A DNA stretch of 64,000 nucleotides from Vicinamibacteria bacterium (GTDB lineage: Bacteria; Acidobacteriota; Vicinamibacteria; Marinacidobacterales; Marinacidobacteraceae): contig OY821641.1 in assembly GCA_963555995.3 (NCBI GenBank), positions 1,056,001 through 1,120,000 of the forward strand, given 5' to 3'. The notes beneath the pieces are model-generated. The model was not told the origin of the DNA. It saw only the letters and a list, made by a program, of their open reading frames with translations, and made no database searches. This document shows, piece by piece, positions 1 through 8,795 of this stretch. A program made the translations under genes and the position numbers. Numbering within the stretch: position 1 is the first letter of the stretch; each line of letters begins with the position of its first letter.

Positions 1-1
1 A

Positions 2-412
2 CTCCCCGAGGAGCGCTGGCGCTCCCCGCTGGACATCCCCAAGGAGTCCCTGATGGAGCGCTCGCGGATGAAGCTCCACGTGAAGATCGAGGACTGCATC
101 GGCTGCAAGCAGTGCGAGCGCGCCTGCCCGGTGGACTGCATCCACATCGAGAACGAGAAGCGGGCCCGGGACGCACCGCCGATCTTCGCGGCCGACGGGA
201 CCGCCATCAAGCAGACGGTGGTCCAGTTCGACATCGACATGTCGCTCTGCTGCTACTGCCAGCTCTGCGTCTTCCCGTGCCCGACCGACTGCATCCTGAT
301 GACGCCCAACTACGAGTTCGGCGGGAAGACGAAGGGCGACCTCCTCTACCGCTACGCCAAGGAGCCGCGGACGCCCCCCGAGCCGCCGCCGGCCGAGGCC
401 GCCGGAGCCTGA
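2..412 (+). CDS. nuoI: NADH-quinone oxidoreductase subunit I (5'-truncated by window edge)
   Basis: Two 4Fe-4S motifs (CIGCKQCERACP, CCYCQLCVFPCP); frame open upstream of ATG 53 to the window edge; followed by nuoJ/K. Confidence 0.88.
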   Translation, partial: LPEERWRSPLDIPKESLMERSRMKLHVKIEDCIGCKQCERACPVDCIHIENEKRARDAPPIFAADGTAIKQTVVQFDIDMSLCCYCQLCVFPCPTDCILMTPNYEFGGKTKGDLLYRYAKEPRTPPEPPPAEAAGA

Positions 413-422
413 CGGACGCACG

Positions 423-935
423 ATGGAATCCATGGCGTCGGCGGCGATCTTCTACGGGGTCGCCGCCCTGGTACTCGGGTCGGCGCTCTACGTGGTGGTC
501 GGCAAGAACCTCGTCCACTCGGCGTTCGCGCTGGTGGCGGCGTTCTTCGGGGTGGCGGTCTTCTACGTCTATCTCGGCGCCGACTTCCTCGCCGGCGCCC
601 AGGTGCTGATCTACGTGGGAGGCATCCTGACGCTGCTGCTCTTCGGCGTGATGCTCACCAACCGGATCTACAACCTGAACCTGCGCTCGGGGGCGATCCA
701 GGTCGTTCCGGGAGCGCTGTCCGCGGGTCTGGTCTTCGCGCTGCTCGTCTGGATCATCCAGTCGGTGGACTGGGGGGCCATGGACGCGGGTGACCCCGGA
801 CCGACCAGCGAGTCCATCGGACGGCTGCTGGTGGGCGACTACCTGCTGCCGTTCGAGATCGCCTCGGTCCTGCTGCTGATCGCGCTGATGGGCGCGGCCA
901 TGCTGGTCCGGCGAAGGGGAAGGAGCGGCCCGTGA
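423..935 (+). CDS. nuoJ: NADH-quinone oxidoreductase subunit J
   Basis: Hydrophobic; N-LVHSAF, QVLIYVGGI and YLLPFEIASVLLLIALMGA motifs typical of NuoJ. Confidence 0.95.
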   Translation: MESMASAAIFYGVAALVLGSALYVVVGKNLVHSAFALVAAFFGVAVFYVYLGADFLAGAQVLIYVGGILTLLLFGVMLTNRIYNLNLRSGAIQVVPGALSAGLVFALLVWIIQSVDWGAMDAGDPGPTSESIGRLLVGDYLLPFEIASVLLLIALMGAAMLVRRRGRSGP

Positions 936-1097
936 ACGGGGTCAGGCGGCGTTCGGCCAGCGATGCATCCCGGCTGGACCGCTTCGCTCTTCGTTCCGAT
1001 TCGGTCGGAATACGCCGGGTATTCCTCCCAAATCGCGCCTTGCCAGCCGGGCGCCTCACCGGCCTCGGCGCTCACCTGACCCCGTCCACGGACCGCT
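924..1097 (-). repeat. Structured palindromic element, copy 1 (MITE-like or ncRNA-like)
   Basis: 23-bp terminal inverted repeat (924-946 / 1075-1097, 21/23 match); core is the reverse-complement homolog of 3247-3385. Confidence 0.75.
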
Positions 1098-1099
1098 AG

Positions 1100-1405
1100 A
1101 TGATCCCCCTCGAGCACTACCTCTACATCTCGGCGGCGCTCTTCTCGCTGGGCGTCTTCGGGGTGCTCACCCGGCGGAACGCGGTGAACGTGCTGATGTC
1201 CATCGAGTTGATCTTCAACTCGGCGAACATCAACCTCGTCGCCTTCTCCCGGTTCGTGGAAGGCGCGCTCGGCGGCCAGGTGTTCGCGCTCCTCGTCATC
1301 GTGATCGCCGCCTGCGAGGCGGCGGTGGCGCTCGCCATCGTGATGTCGCTCTACCGCGTCGTGAAACACGTGAACCTCGACGACGCCGCGGAGCTCAAGG
1401 GATAG
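1100..1405 (+). CDS. nuoK: NADH-quinone oxidoreductase subunit K
   Basis: RRNAVNVLMSIELIFNSANIN and AACEAAVALAI motifs. Confidence 0.97.
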   Translation: MIPLEHYLYISAALFSLGVFGVLTRRNAVNVLMSIELIFNSANINLVAFSRFVEGALGGQVFALLVIVIAACEAAVALAIVMSLYRVVKHVNLDDAAELKG

Positions 1406-1408
1406 GCC

Positions 1409-2902
1409 ATGTCCGACGCGGTACAAAGCCTCTCCCGGTTCCTTCCCGAGCTGATCCTGATGGGGGCGCTCGCCGTCGTGATCGTCGCGGACCTGCTCAC
1501 CCAGCGGCGTCCGCTCCGGAACAGCACCGATCTCCTGAACGGGATCACGCTGGTGGGACTGTTCGGCGCTCTCGTGACCTCCTGGCAGGCGCTCGGGGCG
1601 GTCGAGGCCCAGTCGCTCTTCGCCTCGATGCTGGCGGACGACGGCCTGCTCGGGGTGTTCCGGCCGATCTTCTGCCTCACCTCCATCGTGGTGCTGCTCC
1701 TGGGCATGCGCTCGAAGGAGCTGGAGGGAGTCCGGCTGGGCGAGATGCTCGCGCTGCTGCTCACCGTCACCGCGGCGCTCATGTGGATGGCCGGCTCGGT
1801 CAACCTGGTGATGATCTATCTCTCGCTCGAGACGGTCTCGGTGGCCTCCTACCTCATGGTGGGCTACCTGAGTTCAGACCGGCTCTCGAACGAGGCGTCG
1901 CTCAAGTACATCCTCTTCGGGGCGGTCTCGACGGGCGCCATGCTCTTCGGGCTCTCGCTCCTTTACGGGATGACCGGCACCCTCGATCTCTACGGGGTGC
2001 GCGCCGCGCTCGCCGACGGCGCCTTTGGTCCGGGGCTGCTGTTCGTGCTGATCCTGATCGCCGCCGGGATCGGCTTCAAGATCGCCGCCGCGCCGTTCCA
2101 CTTCTGGTGCCCCGACGTGTACACCGGAGCCCCCACGCCGGTCACCGCGTTCCTGTCCGTCGGCCCGAAGGCCGCCGGGTTCGCGGTCCTGATCCGCTTC
2201 TTCTACCTGGGGCTGGCGGAACCGGCCGGCGGAGGAGCCATCGCTCCGGTGGGCGGCGCCGACTGGCAGATGCTCCTGATGATGCTGGCGGTCATCACCA
2301 TGACCCTCGGGAACGTGGCGGCGCTCCTCCAGACGAACGTGAAGCGGCTGCTCGCCTACTCGTCCATCGCCCACGCCGGCACCATGCTGATGGCGGCGTG
2401 CGTGCTCTCGGTCGAGGGCGTGCAGGCGATCGCCGCCTACCTGGCGATCTACCTCTTCATGAACCTGGGAGCCTTCGCGGTGGTGATCCTGGCCCACCGG
2501 GTCACGGGGAGCTTCGAGATCGCCAGCTACGCCGGGTTCTGGAAACGGTCCCCGCTGCTCACCGTCGCCATGGGGATCTTCCTCTTCTCCCTGATGGGGA
2601 TCCCGCCCTTCGCGGGGTTCCTGGCGAAGTGGTACGTGTTCGCGGCGGTCATCAACGCCGGGCTCGGCTGGCTCGCCGTCATCGGCGTACTGAACGCCGC
2701 GGTGGCCGCGTTCTATTACGTCAAGGTCCTGCGCGTGATGGTGATCGACGAGGAGACCGGGCCCACGCCGGCGCTCGCGTTCAGCCGGCTGGACCTCGGG
2801 CTTCTCGTCGTTCTGGTAGTCCCCAACGTTCTTGGACTACTATTCTGGGGTTCGCTGGATCGGGTCACCGAGTACTCGCAGACGCTTCTTGACCTTGGCT
2901 GA
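1409..2902 (+). CDS. nuoN: NADH-quinone oxidoreductase subunit N
   Basis: EASLKY, FKIAAAPFHFWCPDVYTGAPTP and KRLLAYSSIAHAG motifs. Confidence 0.95.
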   Translation: MSDAVQSLSRFLPELILMGALAVVIVADLLTQRRPLRNSTDLLNGITLVGLFGALVTSWQALGAVEAQSLFASMLADDGLLGVFRPIFCLTSIVVLLLGMRSKELEGVRLGEMLALLLTVTAALMWMAGSVNLVMIYLSLETVSVASYLMVGYLSSDRLSNEASLKYILFGAVSTGAMLFGLSLLYGMTGTLDLYGVRAALADGAFGPGLLFVLILIAAGIGFKIAAAPFHFWCPDVYTGAPTPVTAFLSVGPKAAGFAVLIRFFYLGLAEPAGGGAIAPVGGADWQMLLMMLAVITMTLGNVAALLQTNVKRLLAYSSIAHAGTMLMAACVLSVEGVQAIAAYLAIYLFMNLGAFAVVILAHRVTGSFEIASYAGFWKRSPLLTVAMGIFLFSLMGIPPFAGFLAKWYVFAAVINAGLGWLAVIGVLNAAVAAFYYVKVLRVMVIDEETGPTPALAFSRLDLGLLVVLVVPNVLGLLFWGSLDRVTEYSQTLLDLG

Positions 2903-2947
2903 TCCCGGAACCAGCCGCTTGACTGTCTGAGGAGGCAGCTACCCACG

Positions 2948-3205
2948 ATGTCTTACTGGATCGCCGAACCCTGCATTGGGACCAAAGATACTGCGTGCGT
3001 GGACGTTTGTCCGGTCGATTGCATCCACCCCACGAGTGACGAGGACGGGTTCGAGGAAGCCACCCAGCTCTACATCGATCCCGACACCTGCATTGACTGC
3101 GGCGCCTGCGAGCCGGCCTGTCCGGTCACGGCCATCTTCCCGGACGAAGAGTTGCCCGACGAGTGGGCCGAGTACCGGGACATCAACACCAACTACTACG
3201 CCTGA
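2948..3205 (+). CDS. Dicluster (7Fe/8Fe) ferredoxin
   Basis: CIGTKDTACVDVCPVDCIH and CIDCGACEPACP; acidic 85 aa. Confidence 0.95.
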   Translation: MSYWIAEPCIGTKDTACVDVCPVDCIHPTSDEDGFEEATQLYIDPDTCIDCGACEPACPVTAIFPDEELPDEWAEYRDINTNYYA

Positions 3206-3213
3206 CCGGGGGA

Positions 3214-3418
3214 GCGCCGGCCTCAACAGCCTGTGGCGAAACCCCCGTGAGCGCCGAGAGCGGTGAGGCGCCCCGCTGACAAGGCGCGTGAGGGAGGAAT
3301 ACCGGGTGTATTCCGACCGAAACGCAACGCCGAGCGCCGCGCAGCGGCGCGGTTCAGCGGGGATGCATCGCCGCTCGAACGCCGCGGGGGTTTCGCCACA
3401 GGCTGTTAAGGCCGGCGC
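3214..3418 (+). mobile_element. Structured palindromic element, copy 2 (MITE-like)
   Basis: 34-bp terminal inverted repeat 3214-3247 / 3385-3418 (33/34 match; ...ACAGCCTGTGGCGAAACCCC...GGGGTTTCGCCACAGGCTGT...); internal hairpins. Confidence 0.7.
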
Positions 3419-4760
3419 CGCTCCGCGAAGCGGAGCGAAACCACGGGTAGCTGGCTCCCCGTCCGCTTCCCGAACAACGGTCCTCGTCGCGGTTCTCGCT
3501 GCCGCGGGTTGCGCGACCACCTCGGGACCCCGCGCGATGGCGCCCGATGCGGCGGCCGTTCACGCCGCCGGGCGCGCCCGCACCGCGTTCGAGAATCACC
3601 GGCCGCTGGTTGAGGATCCGGATCTCACCGCGCGGATCACCGACATCGGGCGCGAGGCCCTCGCCGGGACTCCGGTGCTCGCCGGACGCGAGGGAGAAGC
3701 GGCGCCCCTACGGGAAGGCTGGCGGTTTGCGGTCCTCGACGATCCGGAGCCGGAAGCCTTCCTGTTCGCCGACCGGACGGTCTTCGTTTCCCGGGGAGCG
3801 CTGGCCGCCCTGCCGGGCGAACTGGCGCTCGCCGCCCTGTTCCGGTCCGCCACGACCACGTTTGCGAGCGGGGCGTTCCGGCCGGAGACCGCGGGGGAGC
3901 TGGTCGAGCAACCCCTCTCCCTGGTGCTGCCGGCGGAACCCGACGCCGGCGCGCCCGCGGCCGGCGCCCCGAGCCGGGACCGCTGGGTCGCGCTGCTCGA
4001 TGGCCTGCACTTCGGGCAGCCCGCCGAGTACGGGGTCGCCGACGGGCAAGAACTCCTGTTGCCCCGGGCTGATTTCCGGCTCTTGCTGCCGGATGGGAGC
4101 GCGTTCGAACCCGTGGACCGCGGCGTCTTCCGCGCGATCCGGAATGGAGAATCGGGCGGGCTGACCGTGCGCGAAATCCCCTCGGCGGCCGAGTCCGCCC
4201 CCGTGGGCGGGAACGGGGTGCCGGCGCACCGGGCCGAACTCGCCGACCTGGGGGCGCGCCTCCGGGAGGCCGCGGCCCGCGAGGCCGCGGAGGTGACGTT
4301 CCCGGAGGCGTTCCGGGTCCGCGGCTTCACCGGAGTGCGCGGCCGTCTGCATCCGGCGCGGGAAGGGGACTCGGGGGAAGGCCCGGGAGCGGTTCCCGGC
4401 CTGTTGGCGCTCGTCCCGGCGCGGGAGTCCCTCGTCGAGGTGAGCCTCGATTGCGGGCGGCGGCGCTTCGATGCCTGCGAGGCCTGGTTCCTGGAGGTGC
4501 TCGGGAGTGCTGACCGGCTGTGGGACACCCCGGCGCCGGGGCCGCTGCGGATCACCGCCGTGGCGGCCGGCGAGAGCGGCTCGGTCCGGGAGGCGCTCGG
4601 CCGCCTGGCTGCCGCGGGAAGACTGGACGCCGGGCTCGCCGAGGTCGAGTTCCTCAACCGGGGCTGGCTCGAGGAACCGCTCGGCCCGGGAGAGCGCGTC
4701 CTGACCCTGTCGCGCGACCCGGCGCGAACGGCGACCGGCGCCGGGGAGAGGCAGCGGTGA
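3363..4760 (+). CDS. M48 peptidase-like lipoprotein, apparently lacking the HExxH zinc motif; start uncertain
   Basis: Lipobox AAGC; W-RFAVLDDPEPEAF...VFVSRGALA and LDGLHFG...G segments resemble M48 lipoproteins; no HExxH. Confidence 0.55.
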   Translation: MHRRSNAAGVSPQAVKAGAAPRSGAKPRVAGSPSASRTTVLVAVLAAAGCATTSGPRAMAPDAAAVHAAGRARTAFENHRPLVEDPDLTARITDIGREALAGTPVLAGREGEAAPLREGWRFAVLDDPEPEAFLFADRTVFVSRGALAALPGELALAALFRSATTTFASGAFRPETAGELVEQPLSLVLPAEPDAGAPAAGAPSRDRWVALLDGLHFGQPAEYGVADGQELLLPRADFRLLLPDGSAFEPVDRGVFRAIRNGESGGLTVREIPSAAESAPVGGNGVPAHRAELADLGARLREAAAREAAEVTFPEAFRVRGFTGVRGRLHPAREGDSGEGPGAVPGLLALVPARESLVEVSLDCGRRRFDACEAWFLEVLGSADRLWDTPAPGPLRITAVAAGESGSVREALGRLAAAGRLDAGLAEVEFLNRGWLEEPLGPGERVLTLSRDPARTATGAGERQR

Positions 4761-5887
4761 CCGGCGGGCCGCGGCGGGGGATCCGCCAGCTCTGGCTGCC
4801 CTTCCCGATCCGGATCCACTACTCGTGGGTGCTGACCGTGAGCGTCGTATCGGCGCTCTTCGCGGTCCTCTACTTCCGGGGGCTCCCGGGCGTCTCGGCG
4901 GCCGGGGCCGCCGCGCTCGGAGTGGTGACCAGCGTGCTGCTCCTCGCGTCCGTCCTGGTCCACGAGCTGGCGCACGCGGCCGCCGCCGCCCGCTCGGGGC
5001 TCAAGGTCTCCGGGATCACCCTCCGGGTGTTCGGCGGGGCCACCGAACTGGAGGGCCATCCGCGCGGCGCGGCGACCGAACTGCGGATCGCGCTCGCGGG
5101 TCCGTTCGCGACGCTGGTCCTGTTCGTGTTGTTCCTTGCGGCCGGTCCGTTGCTCACGGCGGCGCCGGACCCGGTCGTGGCGGTGACCAACAACCTCGCC
5201 CTCATCAACGGCCTGCTGCTCGCGTTCAACCTGATTCCCGCGGTGCCGCTGGACGGGGGCCGGATTCTGCGGGCCGTGCTCTGGGCGGTCTGGGATCGGC
5301 CGCTGGCCGCCACCCGGGCCGTTGCCGCGACCGGCGGCGCGTTCGGACTCCTGATGGTCGCCTTCGGCATCCTGGCGCTCTTCGGCGGCAGCGGCGCGGC
5401 GGCCGGTGCGGTCCGCCTCGTGCTCGGCGCCTGGTTCGTCCTGATCGGACTCAATCTGCGGCGGACCGCCCGCGAGGTGACCCGCCAGGTCTGGCTGGCG
5501 CAGGCGCTCGAAGGGGTCACCGCTGCCCATCTGCTCGACTACCGGATCCTCTCGGTCCCGAGGAACGCCTCCGCGATGGAACTGCTGGCGCTCGAAACGC
5601 CGCATTCCGAGATCCCGGTCCTCGACGAGGCGGACCTCGTGGGCGCGGTCCGCCTCGAGGACCTGCGTCGGAGGTCGTCCGACGAGCTCGAGCGGCTCAC
5701 CGCCGGGGACCTCATGCGGACCGACATCCTGGCCGCCACCTTGGCGCCCGGGGACGCCGCCATCCGGGCGGTGAATCTCCTGGCGGGAGGCCGGCGGTCG
5801 CTGGCCGTTCTCGACGCCGGCCGGTTCGTCGGCGTCGTCACCATGGAGACGTTGCGGAGCCGACTGTCGCTGCGCAGCGATGCCTGA
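4757..5887 (+). CDS. Site-2 protease (M50) with C-terminal CBS domains
   Basis: HELAH, IALAGP and FNLIPAVPLDGGRIL motifs; GTG start overlaps the upstream TGA. Confidence 0.92.
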   Translation: MTGGPRRGIRQLWLPFPIRIHYSWVLTVSVVSALFAVLYFRGLPGVSAAGAAALGVVTSVLLLASVLVHELAHAAAAARSGLKVSGITLRVFGGATELEGHPRGAATELRIALAGPFATLVLFVLFLAAGPLLTAAPDPVVAVTNNLALINGLLLAFNLIPAVPLDGGRILRAVLWAVWDRPLAATRAVAATGGAFGLLMVAFGILALFGGSGAAAGAVRLVLGAWFVLIGLNLRRTAREVTRQVWLAQALEGVTAAHLLDYRILSVPRNASAMELLALETPHSEIPVLDEADLVGAVRLEDLRRRSSDELERLTAGDLMRTDILAATLAPGDAAIRAVNLLAGGRRSLAVLDAGRFVGVVTMETLRSRLSLRSDA

Positions 5888-5908
5888 CTTCCTGCAAGAA
5901 AGGAAACC

Positions 5909-6577
5909 ATGACTTCCCAGATCGCGAGGACGCCCCGCAGCCGGGTCCGGCGGCTGCCGCAACGGGGCTCGTACGACCGGGCGGTGATCAACCAGATCCT
6001 CGACGAGGGGATCGTGGCCCACGTCGGGTTCGTACACGAGGGCTCACCCTTCGTCATCCCTATGGGCTACGCGCGCGACGGGGATCGCCTGCTGCTGCAC
6101 GGATCGTCCGCGAGCCGGCTCATGCGTCTCCTGGCCGCGGGAACGGAGGCCGCCGTCACGGTGACCCTGCTGGACGCGCTCGTCCTCGCGCGGTCCTACT
6201 TCCACCACTCGATGAACTACCGCTCGGTGGTGGTGCTCGGACGCACCACGGCGGTAGCGGAGGCAAACCAAAAGCGGCAGGCGCTCGACGTGTTGCTGAG
6301 CCGGCTGGTACCCGGACGCCACGGGGATGCCCGCCCGACGAACGATCTCGAACTCAAGGCGACCTTGGTGGCACAGGTCCCGATCGAGGAGGCCACCGCC
6401 AAACTCCGGACCGGCCCTCCCGCCGATGACGACGAGGACCTCGCGCTTCCCTGTTGGGCCGGCCTGGTCCCCGTGAACACGACGTTCGGGCCGCCGCAGC
6501 CGGCGCCGGACCTCCGGGAGGGCATCGAGCCACCCGCCTACGCCACGAACTACCGACGCCGGTCCGGCCTCCCCTGA
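5909..6577 (+). CDS. Pyridoxamine 5'-phosphate oxidase-like flavin-binding protein (NimA-like)
   Basis: RGSYD...ILDEG, LHGSSASRLM and HHSMNYRSVVVLG motifs; GAAAGGAA RBS. Confidence 0.88.
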   Translation: MTSQIARTPRSRVRRLPQRGSYDRAVINQILDEGIVAHVGFVHEGSPFVIPMGYARDGDRLLLHGSSASRLMRLLAAGTEAAVTVTLLDALVLARSYFHHSMNYRSVVVLGRTTAVAEANQKRQALDVLLSRLVPGRHGDARPTNDLELKATLVAQVPIEEATAKLRTGPPADDDEDLALPCWAGLVPVNTTFGPPQPAPDLREGIEPPAYATNYRRRSGLP

Positions 6578-6597
6578 ACGCCGCCCCGGCGGCGTCG

Positions 6598-6775
6598 CCG
6601 GCCTGGAACGCCAGCCAGTTCTCCCGGTGGGGGCCTCCAGACCGGCACGCGCGGCGCTCCAGCCGGGTGACGCTTCCGGCTTGGAACGCCGGTCTCCAGA
6701 CCGGCACGCGCGGCGCTCCGCGCCGCGCACGTCGCAGCGTGAACCGCCCAGGTAGCACCTCCGGCTTGGAACGCC
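6598..6775. repeat. REP-like hairpin cluster
   Basis: CCGGCTTGGAACGCCGGTCTCCAGACCGGCACGCGCGGCGCTCC units, recurring at many intergenic sites. Confidence 0.8.
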
Positions 6776-6802
6776 TCCCGGACGGGTAGACTCCCGGCCT
6801 CC

Positions 6803-8089
6803 ATGTCCCGGCGTCCGGTTACCGATTCCTTTCGTCTCGGGCTGGCTCTTCTGGCCGCCGGGTTCGGCGCAGCCGTTTCCGGGGTACTGCTGCTTCGCCA
6901 CCACGGGCTCGACGCCGGCGCGCTGGCGGCGGCCGCCTGCGACCCCGCGAACTCCGGTTGCGAGGAGGTCGCCGCCAGCGCTTGGTCCACGCTGGCCGGG
7001 GTTCCCCTGGCCGCGATCGGACTCGCGTTCTTCGTATCGCTCGGATTCCTCCTGGCGCTGGCCCTGCTCGGCGGAGCGCCGCTGTCGAGCCGGCCGGGCC
7101 GGCTGGCGTTCGGTCTCGTCGCCCTGGCGCTCGTGGTGGACCTGTTTCTGCTGGGCGTGCAGGCGTTCGCCATCGGCAGCTTCTGCTCGCTCTGCATCTG
7201 GACGTACGGCGCGAACGGCGCGGCACTGGTGTTCCTGTTGCCGGCGCGGAGGGTGGTTTCCATGAGGCACGGTCCTGACTTCGCGGTCGAACGGCTCGCG
7301 GTGCGGGCGTTCTGGCTCGCCGCCGGCTTGGTGGCGGCGGCGGTGCTGGTGATCAACAGCGGCCTCGGCGACCGCGCCGGGGACTCGGTGGATCTGTCCA
7401 TTCTGGGTGTTCGTTCCGCGGCGTCGGACGGCCTGCCCGCCGATCTGCCGCTCCGGGGCGCCGGGTTCCTGCCGCAGTGGCGGAACCCCACGTTCCGGCA
7501 ACAGCGCGAGCAGGAGGTTTTGCTCGAGGGGCTGCCGGTGAAGGGCGATCCCCAGGCGCCGGTGAAGATCGTCACCTTCTCGGACTTCCTCTGCCCGTCC
7601 TGCCGCCGCTTCGCGCTGGCCTTCGACCAGTACGTGGAGGGCCCCACCGGCCCCCACATCGCGCTCCACTACCGGAGCTATCCGCTCGATTCGACCTGCG
7701 CCGCCCACCTCCCCCGCGTGATGCATCCGGGCGCCTGCGAGATGGCGCGCGGCGGCGTCTGCGCGCATCTCCTGGGCAGCTTCTGGGAGTACCACGACGC
7801 CGTTTACATCGCGCCCCCCAATGCGCCTGACGTCGACGATGTGGTCCGCATCGCGGTGGACGCCGGACTCGACGAAGCGGCCTTCCGGGCCTGCCTGGCC
7901 GAGCCCCGGGCCGAAGCGGCGCTCCAGTCCGACATCGAGGAGGCCGTACGGCTGGGCGTCACCGGCACCCCGACGATCTTCATCAACGGGCGGCGGGTGC
8001 CGACGCTCGACGAATTCGCCGACGCGGTCCTCTGGGAGCTCGAGAAGGCCGGAATCAGCGTCTCGGGCCCCGATTCCGAGCACGAATAG
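6803..8089 (+). CDS. VKOR-family / DsbA-thioredoxin fusion (disulfide bond formation)
   Basis: VKOR loop Cys pair (CDPANSGC) and CSLC; DsbA-like FSDFLCPSC and GVTGTPTIFING. Confidence 0.88.
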   Translation: MSRRPVTDSFRLGLALLAAGFGAAVSGVLLLRHHGLDAGALAAAACDPANSGCEEVAASAWSTLAGVPLAAIGLAFFVSLGFLLALALLGGAPLSSRPGRLAFGLVALALVVDLFLLGVQAFAIGSFCSLCIWTYGANGAALVFLLPARRVVSMRHGPDFAVERLAVRAFWLAAGLVAAAVLVINSGLGDRAGDSVDLSILGVRSAASDGLPADLPLRGAGFLPQWRNPTFRQQREQEVLLEGLPVKGDPQAPVKIVTFSDFLCPSCRRFALAFDQYVEGPTGPHIALHYRSYPLDSTCAAHLPRVMHPGACEMARGGVCAHLLGSFWEYHDAVYIAPPNAPDVDDVVRIAVDAGLDEAAFRACLAEPRAEAALQSDIEEAVRLGVTGTPTIFINGRRVPTLDEFADAVLWELEKAGISVSGPDSEHE

Positions 8090-8109
8090 AAGCGGAGGCA
8101 ACCCCTCAC

Positions 8110-8508
8110 ATGCCTGACCTCAACTACCTCGCCATCCTCGCTGCCGCCATCGTCCCCCTGATCGTGGGCGCCCTCTGGTACGGGCCCCTCTTCGGGAAGC
8201 GCTGGCTCGCGCTCATGGAGACCACCGAGGAAGCGATCGCCAAGGATTTCAATCCCCTGAAGACCTACGGCGGCTCCTTCCTGCTCGCCATCGCCTCGGC
8301 CTTCGGACTCGCGGTGCTGCTCGACGGGTTCAGCGGCCCGCTCCACGGCCTCCACGCCGCGCTGGTGGCGACCATCGCCTTCGTGATCCCGGTGACGCAC
8401 CAGTCGGTGGCGTTCGAGAAGCGCAAGTCCGGCCTCGCCGTGCTGAACGTCGCCTACAACCTCACGGCGCTCCTCGGCCAGGCGGTTCTGCTGTCCGTCT
8501 GGAAGTGA
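8110..8508 (+). CDS. DUF1761-family membrane protein
   Basis: NYLAILAAA...GALWYGPLFGKRW N-terminus; 4 TM segments. Confidence 0.8.
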   Translation: MPDLNYLAILAAAIVPLIVGALWYGPLFGKRWLALMETTEEAIAKDFNPLKTYGGSFLLAIASAFGLAVLLDGFSGPLHGLHAALVATIAFVIPVTHQSVAFEKRKSGLAVLNVAYNLTALLGQAVLLSVWK

Positions 8509-8552
8509 AGGGAGCGGTTTCCGTCGCCGGAACCACGGGGTAAACTCACCTC

Positions 8553-8750
8553 ATGGCGATCATGATGTCTGAGGTCTATGACGCGCTGGTTGATGCTGGC
8601 GCGAGCGAGACGAAGGCGCGCGCCGCCGCCGAACAGGTCGCCAGCCACAACAACCGGCTCCTTCGCCTCGAGGTCATGAGCGCGCTGACGCTGACGCTGG
8701 TGGTGGCCATCTTCGTGATGGTCATCAACCTGTCCGTCGGGCCGAACTGA
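8553..8750 (+). CDS. Small protein with C-terminal TM anchor (DUF1640/CCDC90-like)
   Basis: YDALVDAGASETKARAAAE followed by a hydrophobic tail; TAAACT -10-like box 6 nt upstream of ATG. Confidence 0.6.
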   Translation: MAIMMSEVYDALVDAGASETKARAAAEQVASHNNRLLRLEVMSALTLTLVVAIFVMVINLSVGPN

Positions 8751-8795
8751 CCCCCCGGCCCTGACGGACCGCAAATCCCCGCGGGAGCACGTTTC

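Noticed and set aside
3214-3418. Integron attC site (AAC...GTT ends)
   Set aside because: The ends do not fit RYYYAAC/GTTRRRY, the element is too long and too perfectly paired, the flanking genes are housekeeping-like, and there is no integrase.
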